The position numbers and the translations under genes are program-made. Below, one piece after another: positions 48,501 to 58,770 of a stretch of DNA of 64,000 bases. The notes beneath the pieces are model-generated. The model was not told the origin of the DNA, searched no databases, and saw only the letters and a list, made by a program, of their open reading frames with translations. Each line of letters begins with the position of its first letter. Position 1 is the first letter of the stretch. The stretch covers positions 1 through 64,000 of the forward strand of contig JAMDHS010000034.1 of assembly GCA_029717555.1 (NCBI GenBank). The letters run 5' to 3'. This DNA is from Peribolospora baueri (lineage: Eukaryota).

Positions 48501-51500
48501 CGACCGCCTGGCCTAGTATGGGTCAGGGAGGCGCGCAAGCAGTGGATGCACAAGCTGGAGCAGAGTCCGTCCACAGGGTCATTGAGTCGTCAATGTTTCC
48601 AGCTGCCGCAATGGCCCCTTCGCCGCCGTCGGCTTTCAGCGCGTTCGGCCAGTCGGCCCCGCCGTCGACTGCCTTTTCCCAGTTGCCCTCGTCACAAATT
48701 GCAGGTCCCTCCAATCAGCCCTCGCCGTTTTCCCGCTCCTTCACCGACGTGTCATTTGCTCCCACCGTCCAGTCTGGAATGGGTTCGATCGCTAGGCCTC
48801 AAGAGGACAAGGGAGGCGGACGAGCAGAGGAAGGTGGAGTAGAGCCTGGACACAAGGTAACGAGGTCATCGACGTCTTCACTGGCTTCAACACCTCCTTC
48901 GCAGCCGCTCGCAGCCGCCTCGTTGCCTCCGGCGTCGATGGCGGCTGAAATGGGCAGCATTGGGACGACTGGAGACTCTTCCCGCTTCGGAAGGGAGGAT
49001 ACGCCTATCATAGGGCAGGCTGCTTCCAAGGACGACGTTGAAGCAAGGAGGAGGAGGTTTGAGGGTGGAGGCAATGTGGAAACCACTAGACGCAATGTGA
49101 CGACGAGGAAGCAGAGGTTCCAGGAGGCCACCCACCTTCCGGGGAATAGGTATATGGAGGTCAGTGGCCGTTACCTTCAACTACTGACCGATGCCTTGCC
49201 CAGCATCTTTCCCCCGGTTGCCGCTGAATTATTCCACTTTGTCGTCTTCTGTTTGAAATTCGTTCGATGCCCACAGCTCAGGGCGACCAGGGATGCTCAG
49301 CGAGATCAATTTATCAAACAGGGACTCATCAGCGCTCCGGATGTGCAAACTCGACTACAGGACGCCGTCCGATTCAAGGGCCTTTGCGAAGACATGTGCC
49401 CCGAGTTTGAGCGCGAAGAGAGGGAATATCAGAAGCAAGTCGATCCGCTGGAGATGGTGAGTTTCACGTCTTCGCTGTGGAGCTTCTCACTCTCTGTCTT
49501 CACGTGGTATCGCCTCATCGCCTGCTTCCGCTCCCTCCAGATTCCGGGAACGCGCCGCATAGACCCTGCCCGCGCTGTCACGGCTTACCACCGGCCCGCT
49601 GCGAATATGCCTCAACCGCTGCCGACGGACGTGCGCACGCCCAAAGCGCTCAAACGAACGGTGGACTACCTCTTCAATACCCTTCTCTCAGCTGATCCTT
49701 CCGATGGACGCCTGGCCGAGACGCACCCCTTCATTCGCGACAGGGCTCGACAAGTCCGTCAGGAGTTTGAAATGCAGGGATTGAAGAACACATTGCTATG
49801 TCTCGACGTCTACGAGCGTATGGCGAGGTGGAATATCCTTTGTTTGCACTGGTTGGGCGGAAGCAGGAAGGGCACGGCTTGGAATGAGCATCAGGAGATG
49901 GAATTGACGAAGAAGAGTGAGTGCCTCTCTCGCTTGTTCTTCCTCATGTCCTGTTTGTGCGCCCATTCTTGTTAGTTCCAGCCCTCACTCTAACCTTCCC
50001 TTGTCCCTCTTGCAGTTCTTCTCGACCTGAACGAGATGTACGACCGTCTACGCCTTGTCCACCCCGATTGGTCGGCCGCGTTACGCAACGAGCCTGAATT
50101 CCGGGCTTACCACCTTCTCATCCACATACGCGATCCGGAGGTCCTCCGTCAAACCCTCCAGCTTCCCGTCGAAGTTAAAAACTCGCCGGCCGTGCAGACG
50201 GTGCTGAAGCTGCGCAAGCTGGCGTCGCGCCAAAGAAGGCGATGGTACAGTCGCACGGCGAAGAAGGCGTTCTCCGACGAAGAAGGCTTGAGTTTTTACT
50301 TCGCCTTCTTCAAGCTCGTTGGCTCCAAGGAGGTACCCTATCTCATGGCCTGCCTCGCCGAGCTGCAGTTTGAGCGGCTCAGGAACGTTGCCCTCAGCGC
50401 GCTCATTGAGTCGGTCCATCCCACCAACAAATCCCTCCCTCGGGAGTGGATGAAGGAGTACGTTCCTTTAGAGGTGGTGGCGCGCACCCTCGGCACAGAC
50501 ACGATCAGGCAAGCTGCTAAGGAAATCAGAGCACACGAGTTGCAAGTAGAATGGACGAAGACGGGGGTGGGGGAAATTAAGGGCTATGCAGTCTTAGAAT
50601 CGCATCGGGCAGCCAGGGGTAAGATGCTCGCTGCCGCTTTCCGCTGTCTCCCCACAAGGCAGACCTCTGGATGTCACGAGTCTGTCCACAAAATCATTTC
50701 TCAACCAACCCCTCCTGTCCTTCTCCTTGCCTTTGTTCCCTTCAGAGAAACTCCGCGCGGCGCGCGAAACGCCGACACGGCGGTTTTCGTGCCGGCTGGT
50801 AGAATGGAAGCGTTTGGGGCGCACGACGCAGCAGGTGATCCACGGCGAGGTAGCCGACACGTCCATCATACCTGATGACCTTGCAGCTGCTGCCGCCTCA
50901 GTCAGGACGTGGTCCGGCCAGTTGATCCCCGGTGCTGACGAGGAAGACGACCCAGGCCCCGTCACCTTCACCAATCTTGTCTCGGCGTCAAAGCACCCCG
51001 CTTTGCAGTCCGCTCCTACATTAGCAGTCCCCGCCACCTTCATCAGTCCCTTTTCGGCGCCAACGCGCTCCGTTGTACAATCTAATCCTTCCACATCAGC
51101 AGCTCCTGCCGCCTTCGCCAGTCTCGCCTCGGCACCAAAGCCTTCTGCTCTGCAGTCTGCTCCAGCACTCCCCGCCACCTTCGCTAGTTTCGTCTCGGCA
51201 CCAGAGCCTTCCGTTTTGCAGTCTGCTCCTTCTACGTCAGCAGCACCCGCCGCCTTCGCCAGTCTCGTCTCGGCACCAAAGCCTTCCGTTCTGCGGTCTG
51301 CTCCTACATCAACAGCCCCCACCACCTTCGCCAGCCTCGCCTCTGCGCCAACGGCCTCCGTTCCCCAATTGGTTCCTACGTCGGTACCTCCATTGGCCGC
51401 GCGCACTTCTAGTGCCTTCCCGCCTGCTCTTTCCGTGCAGCCTCCTAGCGCCCCTGCAGCGGAGGTCGCTTTCGCCGGACGCAAGGGCGAAGAAAAGACT

Positions 51501-53262
51501 TCTGCATCTGCTTTCCCTCTGCCAGATGTTTCCCCTATGCCGGCTTCTTCCCCTGCGCCAGCTGCTTCCCTTGCCTTCGTTTCTACCGCCCAGTCTACAG
51601 TCAGCTTGGGTACCCCATCCATGACGCATCCACCTGACGCGCCGAAGATCACCATCGAGCGGCCTGCGACATCGACCGCCGGCGTGGAGAGCCTCGAGAC
51701 GCCATCTGCCGCTGAGACTTTGTCGATCACGACACCACCGGCAGCACGGAAGGGACTGTTGGCTAAGGCGCTTAAAGCCTTTGAGGAGACAGCCATGACG
51801 ACATCTGTCGATGCAGTGGCGGACGAGAGGGACAGGCGTGCCGCAATGTGGCCGTCCTTCAATGTGTGGAGGAATAAGGCTGCAGCTGCGAAACGGAAGA
51901 GGCAGGTGGAGGAGTTGATGGGGGATGTTCGGCCGCTAGGGAGCAAAGGGTTTAAGAGGAAAGGGAGCCCGGTGGCAGAGGAAAGCGAGAGGGGAAGCCC
52001 TGCAGGAGGAAAGAAGAGGAGGCAGGTGGAGGAGCCGATGAAGGCTTTTCAGCCTGTGGCGAGCAGAGCGTTCAAGAGGAAAGGGAGCCCAGTTTTGGAG
52101 CAGAATGAAGAGGGCAGACGGGCGGGAGCAAAGAAGAGGAAGTCAGTGGAGATGTTTGTGGATGAAAAGGTGGCTCTTGATTTGGCGAAGGTGCGTAGCG
52201 TGCGATCCGCCTGGCGTGCCTCCACAAGGATGTTCCGCTTATCCTCGTTGTTTGTGTTTCTGCACACCCTAGACCGAACGAAAGCACAGCAGTCTCTTCT
52301 CACGTGGCACCTACCTCCGCGCTCTGCGGTCTCGCGTCGACTCCATCTTTTCGCGCCCCTCGTCTTCCCAAATGGGAGGTCGACCAACGTTCGTTGTGGC
52401 GTTGTCCGTTTGCCACCCTGGAGCGCCCCACACGTGGTTGAAAAGAAAGTTGGCGGATGATGTGGCGTCGGACCAACCCAATGTACGAATGGCGCAACAG
52501 GGGAGGGTGGATTTGCAAGTTAAGGATGTGAAGAAAGCTGCAGATATCCAGGTGAGCTCCAAGAGAACGAGCCTTGTCATCATCAAGGGAGTGCTCTGAC
52601 TGTCTGGTGAACACTTTCTTTCTCACCTTGCATGCTTCTACGTCTATGTTTCAGCTCTACCCCGATGTCGGCCTCGTCATCTTCGAACTGTCTCCACAAT
52701 TGTCGAAGTGCACTGAGGCGGCAGAGAGGTAAGTAAAAAGGCTGATGTAATGTTCGTCGCTCATGATCACTCGGCGCCGGGCGTTCCAGGCTGAGAATAT
52801 CTTATCCCGGCTCTCCTTGCGCCCGGATTTGTTGACTGCAGAACGCGGCTCTGGGAGGAAGAGAGGGAACGAGTCAAGGGACTCGCCGATGCTATCATTG
52901 GCATGCCGTCGCGGACGTACGACACGTCCATTCTCGTTGTCTTTTGGCCCGCAGAAGACCCTTGCCTAGAAGCGGATCTCAACCCCGCCTCGGTCAAGGT
53001 CCAGCTAGGCCTTGCACCGCCTCCGCGTTCGGCGATGACACCAGGAAGTCGGCGCTCGTCCGCTTCCTCGGACGAGTTCATCTCGACGCCCTTTGTTCGC
53101 TCCGTGGCGATGCGAGTGGAGGCGGAGGGGAGGGACTTTGACTTTGACCGTCCATTCCAGCGAAGCATCGTGACGCTCTTGGACAGAGTCCGTCTCTCCG
53201 CTTGCGATCCGACCGCCGCCGTCAGCCGTACGAGGCCGTTTGTTGAGGGATGGGTCGTGTAG
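45527..53262 (+). CDS. SAC3: Sac3/GANP-family TREX-2 scaffold protein with very long N-terminal extension, multi-exon
   Basis: FKGLCEDMCPEFERE...AVTAYHRPAA..QPLPTDVRTPKALKRTVDYL...HPFIRDRARQVRQEF..Q...YERMARW, NEPEFRAYHLL, VPYLMACLAE. Orthology versus a divergent paralogue is not established, and the 3' exon boundaries are approximate. Confidence 0.85.
50960..51360 (+). repeat. About 6 imperfect 22-24-aa repeats (SAPxxxxAPAxFASLxSAPKPSxLQ) in SAC3
   Basis: Recurrent gccttcgccagtctcg..tcggcacca.agcctt units. Confidence 0.85.
51890..52160 (+). repeat. 120-bp (40-aa) basic tandem repeat in SAC3, about 2.3 copies
   Basis: KRKRQVEE..FKRKGSPV..E.G..AG.KKRRQVEE..FKRKGSPV..E.G..AG.KKRKSVE. Confidence 0.85.
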
Positions 53263-53925
53263 TCTGTTTTGTGCCCCCCGTAGTCTTTTGTCATGTACGT
53301 CTTGGATCGGAATCCGACCTCTACATGTGCGTCGCCACGAACCCCTCACCCACCTGGTCAGATAGGCGTTGGAAATCGAACTTTTTGCGTCCAAGAAACG
53401 GCTAAAATGCTCCCCCCCCGCTCGCAATGAATGGCAGGCCGGCCGAACTCGGGGGAAGTCGGTCCCCTCCTCCTCCGCCTCCACTCCACTGGCATCGCCA
53501 CGGCGCGAAGAATGGGCGTCTGCCATGAGGCTCGTGCCGAGGAGAGCGGAGCAGCTAGCTGGGTCCGCTCCCCCAAAAAAAAAGTCGAAAAAGTTCTCTC
53601 TCTGCGTTGACGGCCGACAGAGGAGGCGAGCTCGGCAAAGCGTAAAACGTTCGGAGATCTATTTCGCGTGCGGAAATGAATGACGGGAGCAGCGTGCCGA
53701 TCTGAACGCGAACGTGGGTTGGGGGAGAGAATATGCATGGATGCGGTGCGGGGAGTTGAAGGGACAAGAGGAGAGGAGGGGAGGGGAGGGGAGGGGAGGG
53801 ACGGGTGAAGATCGTCCATTTATCTATCTGACTGTGTGCATATCGTGGACGACCGCGCGCCGCTAAGACCTCGATCGGGGAGGGAGGAAACGAAACGTAA
53901 ATGTAAAAGACACACGGTTGTGGAT

Positions 53926-55874
53926 TTAGAAGGCGATCTGAACGAATCGAACGACCGCCACGGCGAGGGCTGCTGCGTAAATGACTCCCTTTGCGTCGGC
54001 GGCGAAGGGGGGAGCCGGACCGGCGCCGACGGCGTTGGTCCACCGTCCATCGTAGCTCGTCGAGTTGGCCCACGCCTGCCGGAAGTAGGCCTGCACGTCG
54101 GCGTTGCCGCCGACGGCCCTAAAGTCGTCAAGCTGATTGACGCCGGCGACGGTCGCGCGGACTTTGAAGATGTTGAACCAGTTGACGGCGATCAGGTGGG
54201 GGTACCGTCCTGCCGCCTCTTCGCCCGTGAGCTGTTCGAACCAGGCCTGCTTGATCTGAAGCTCAGGGGCACCTCCAGCGGCGGCCGTCAGGGTAGACGA
54301 CGAGGGGAGGGTGCCGAGGAGCTCGCCAGAGGTGCCGCCAGCGATGGCGGTCAAGTTGGCCGGCATGGCGTAGTGCTGGAAGAGGATGGGGGAAGCGGTC
54401 GAAGGGAGAAGGACAGACCGGGCGGCGACGGGTGAGTCCATGCAGTCTCCACCTCGCGTTCCCCCGTCCCATCCGACTGTGCCTTCCTCCGCGACGTTTC
54501 CCTCGGTGCCCGTCAACTCACATAAGCGGCCGAAGTCTCGCTAATCATGACAGGCTTGTGAGAGTACATTTTGTAGAATTGGTCGAGGTTGGCAGTCAAG
54601 CTGTTGGAGTAACCGGCCTTCTTGCCCTGCTGGGTCGGCAGTACGTTTTGAGATTGCGACAAGTCCTGGTGGAGGGAAGGTAGAAAGAAGGAAGACGGAC
54701 AGGCGTTGATTGAGCGCTCTTGCTCGCGGGTACGGGCGAGACCGTGCCACAGGGCTCGGAAGACGCTCACGCCAAGGAAATAAGCGGAGAGACCGACGAC
54801 GTCCACCTGGTCATCGCCGACGTAGTAGGTCGAGTAGGTCTGCAAGGGGTCCTTGAAGGCGTCGCCAACGACGACATTAGGAGCTGCGGGCGCACGGACA
54901 CGGGATACCCGACGGTGAGCCACGAGACGTCCTTCGAGCTCTAAGGGACACATAGCGCGTACGTGTAGGTCGGGCCTCCTCCTGGGCCACATACACCAAA
55001 CCATAAACGTCTTGTTCAACCCAGCGCTGGCAAACGAGGTCCGAAGCATGGACCACGCGTTCTTGAAGTCGGTCGGCTGGAGGCCGTACGGCATCCAGGC
55101 GCCGTTCATCTCGTAGGCGAAGCGCACCTTTGGGTTGAGCGTGGGCGCCCAACCAATGCATCCTCCGTCAGTTTCGACGGATTGGACGGCCTGCAGATCC
55201 GTGCTCACGACGCCTCACTCACCCAGCTGGTCATTCCGTCCTCCTCCAGCCCCTTAAAAGCCTGCGCCAGAGCGTCCGCCATGGCCTGTGTGAAGTTGCC
55301 GGGAGTGACGCCGGGAGGGAGGACGGCGGGATTGTAGACGGCTACGTCTTTGTATTTAAGGATTTCGGAGCGGTGGTAGTCGAGTTGGGAGAGGGAGGTG
55401 TCCTGAGGAAAGCGTGTTTTAAAAGAGGAGGCAACGGGGTCACAAGAGGGTTAGTTCCTTGGCGTGGCGAAGTGGTCAGGCCGGCTAGCTAGCGTCCCTC
55501 GCCGTTATCGTCCTCTGACGGCCGCGCTGCCGCACGCCGCTCACATTGGGGGATATGTTGAGGTAGTCGCCGATCAAGGCGGCCTCGGTGCCGACGGCGT
55601 TGAAGATATCCGTTGGGGTCTCCCTACTCCAATCGGGGAACACGCCGACATAGATAGAGTTCTTCTGCAGGGCGTCGGGAAAAAGGCCAAGGGTTGCTCT
55701 TTGGCCGAGCGCCGGGGGCTTGCCGGAGGAGGAGGAGGTTGGAGGAGCCGAGGAGGCGGTGGTTGAAGAGACCGCGCGGGCTTGAAGTCGAAGGTTAGGG
55801 GCGGAGGACGAGGGGGAGACGAAGACGGTGAGGAGGGCGAGGAGGGCGAGAAAGTGGAAGGCGGTCGAGGGCAT
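53926..55874 (-). CDS. Secreted, probably GPI-/membrane-anchored GH26-like glycoside hydrolase, multi-exon
   Basis: Signal peptide MPSTAFHFLALLALLTVFVSPSSS; clan GH-A motifs VRFAYEMNGAW (acid/base Glu), YYVGDDQVDVVGLSAY, KPVMISETSA (nucleophile Glu) and AVNWFN; hydrophobic C-terminal tail. Confidence 0.85.
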
Positions 55875-56059
55875 GGTGCGAGGCAGTGTGGGTCGTTGAC
55901 GTTGAGGAGAATGTCCTTTTCTATCTTTGGTATCGGCAAGGCAGTCGAACAAGGAAGAGAGGAGGTGGGCGTGCGGTCTATCAGTTGGTGAACGCGGACT
56001 GTCCCTGGTCGTTTATAGCCCTGGTGAAATTCCAAATAGCTGCCCCTCCGTCGTCGGGT

Positions 56060-56160
56060 CGTCTGTTGGTCCGTTGGTCCGTTGGTTCGTTCGTTCGCCG
56101 GTTCGTCCGTTCGTTCGTTCGTTCGTTCGTTCGTCGTCGTCGTCGTCCTCGTCCTCGTCC
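56060..56160. repeat. (GTTC)n/(GTC)n microsatellite upstream of the GH26-like gene
   Basis: gttcgttcgttc...gtcgtcgtc. Confidence 0.85.
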
Positions 56161-57803
56161 AAGGAGACTGGAGGGGGTATTCTGAGCTGAGCGAGGTTGA
56201 GGGTCAACCAACAGGCCCGTTACGCACTATGAATATAATTTGCATGCCCAGCATGACAGACGCGCCGAATATTTAAATTAATCCTTCTTAGCCCGCCTCG
56301 ACGTCACGGTGCTGCTGCGGCGTCCATCTGATCCCTCACTCGCTGGGGCACCCGTCTCGCCATATCCACCCTTCATGGCCGGGAGAGAGAGAGAGAGAGC
56401 CTGCACCGTTCACGTCGGCGATCTCTTCGTCGTTCGTTAAAAGGGCGCGGTGCTGTGTCTGGCGGGATGGCGTGAGAGTGCGAACCGCGGCGTCGCGTCG
56501 CCCCGTCCGTGGCTCTGCTGGTGATCAGTCTGCTGACGTACACGAGGCGGGCGACAGAAACGCCAAGCCAAACCCATCGCATCGCGTACCTACACATCGT
56601 CCTTGCCGCTGAGGCGCTTTCAGTTGAGAAGTGGTGCGCACGAGCTTGAACGAAGGGCCAGGCGCCACCGTCGACGGCCAGGCTCTGTCGCCAGGAGGAG
56701 CAGGAGGCCGGGAGCGGGGGACACGCCCCCCCTTCCCCCCACAAGGTGGAGTCCCGACATGACGACAGTTTGATCCGGCCGTCCTTCTCTCCTCTTCTCC
56801 AATCTCGAATCTCGTGCCCTCCACGACCTCAAAATGGCTTGACGGAAGCGCGACGGCGGCAAGGAAGCCGGGGGCGAGCGGACAGGCGGACCGGAACGAA
56901 CCGGCAGCGTCCGTCCGAGTTCAAGAGCCGGCGACGGCGACCGAGCCATCACGTACTTAATGGGCACACCCGTCAAGAAAGGATGGCCACTGCCAACCTA
57001 ACGTTGGATATCAAAATCTATTCTTGTATTTTAGGAATTTTTTACAGTGCAAAAGAACGAGAAACGTGACGTGATGACGGAGAGGAGAGGTGACAGCGTG
57101 TCCTAGCATGGCCGACGCCTAGAATCAGGAGCAGGAGCGCACGAGACGGGTCCGTGTGTGAGAGAATTAAGAAGAGAAGGAAAGAGCGCTAAAATGAAAA
57201 TCAGAGGCGACAGCGGAAGTGGATGGACAGGAAGAGGACTCTAGGCCGAGAAGCGTGAAAGAGGAGGAAACCCCGTAACAAGTGGAAAGCAGAGAGAAAG
57301 GAGGAGAGCAGGAAGGCAAGTGGTACGATGGTGCGAATGAAGCAAGTGGCATCGAGCGTGTGTCGTGCGACAAAGTCAGAAAGGTGGGTAGGCGCTCGGT
57401 CGGCGTTGGTCGATGGGCACTGATACGTCACATCAAGTGCGCGCGTATATTGGCGACTGGAAAAGAGACAGTGGTCGGGAAGGGCAAATGGGAAGGAGGA
57501 CGAGGGTGGCGTGAAAAAGTCGGGGGTAGCGTAAGCTCGCAGCGTCGAGAGACGGGCACACCTTGAAGACGCAACTCACCTGGGAGAAAAGGCAAAGGGA
57601 AGGAAGGCGGGAAGAAAGGGACCAAGCGGTCTATCCATGCTCCATTGACCGGCCGCCCATGCCCTCGTCCACGCACGAGCACGCACAGAAAGGCTCTCGG
57701 TGGCGGGGCCAACCGCTCCCTCCCTATATGCCGCACGTCGTCCCAGCCGAGCTTTCGTACCCGCAGTCTGACGCCGCACGGTACCACCTCTCCTATCGCC
57801 GCC

Positions 57804-58542
57804 TCACAGCTCTGTCCTGCCCGCGCCGGCGGCGTCCCTAGCCATCTGCCTCACCGCATCGCTAGCCCTGCTGACCACCGCCGCCACAGTCTTAGAGAGG
57901 GCGACACCTGTGGAGCCGGGCAGACTTTTAAGCGGCTGAGCGATGGCGTCAGCGGCGGGTGCGTGGGAGGAACCAAAGACGGAAGCATAGGAGAAAGAAA
58001 TAGACGAAAGAGACGAAGGGAGAGGCACGGAGACGTGGAAGATGTGAGACGTCGGTGAGGAAGGATCTCTGCCGGAAATGTAGTAGGTGAGGCGGCGGGA
58101 GACGAAAGAGAGGTAGGAGGGAAGGATGAAGATGAGGTAGTAGGCAAGGAAGAGGACGGAGAGGGCGAGAAGGGATACTGGAGGGCGAGATAGGGAAAAG
58201 GGCGAGAGAAAGCGAGTCAGCGCACGTCGTTTCGTCCCACGCACCAGAGAACTCCGGCGGGCGAAAGAGACAAGCGAAAAAAAACTCACGGACTAGAACC
58301 ATTTCCCAAGGTTCATACAGCCCCCGACCAATACAAGTCCATCCCTCGAACCTCTTCGCCCTGAGCCACGCCCAGTCCCGGACTTGGTCTAGAAGGGTGA
58401 GCTTGCGTGTCGGCTTTCGCGCGGAGGGTCTGCTTTTGGTGCCGGGGCGTTGGGATGGTGCGCCGGAGAGGGAGAGGCGGGACGTGTGGGTGGAGGCCTC
58501 CTTGAAAGCCTGTTCCTGTCGCTGGACAGTCATCGTGCTCAT
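57804..58542 (-). CDS. Serine palmitoyltransferase small-subunit-like protein (exons 58542-58290, 58177-57804; 208 aa)
   Basis: FEGWTCIGRGLYEPWEMVLV|LSLLALSVLFLAYYLIFILPSYLSFVSRRLTYYISG resembles the ssSPT/DUF3317 signature (E..G...EPWE + TM + LP...R..YY). Confidence 0.7.
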
Positions 58543-58694
58543 ATCGTGAGGTTCGTCTCGGCGGTCGTCTACGAAAAATAAATAGCTGAGGCCTATGCGA
58601 GAGTTTGTGATGCTCTCGAGATGAATCGGATGATCCCGGTGGGAGGAGAGGGGCGATGACGAAATCTAGGCGTTAGTGTGCAGGCGAGGAGAGG

Positions 58695-58770
58695 GGATGG
58701 GGATGATGACGGCGATAGCGATGGCGATGGTGATGGTGATGGTGATGAGGATGAGGATGGCGGCGGCGGT
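58695..58770. repeat. Degenerate (GAT/GGT/GGC)n repeat upstream of the ssSPT-like gene
   Basis: gatggcgatggtgatggtgatggtgatgaggatgaggatg. Confidence 0.8.

Noticed and set aside
50960..51360. Regularly spaced repeats considered as a CRISPR-like array
   Set aside because: They are degenerate in-frame coding repeats without unique spacers, in a eukaryotic gene.
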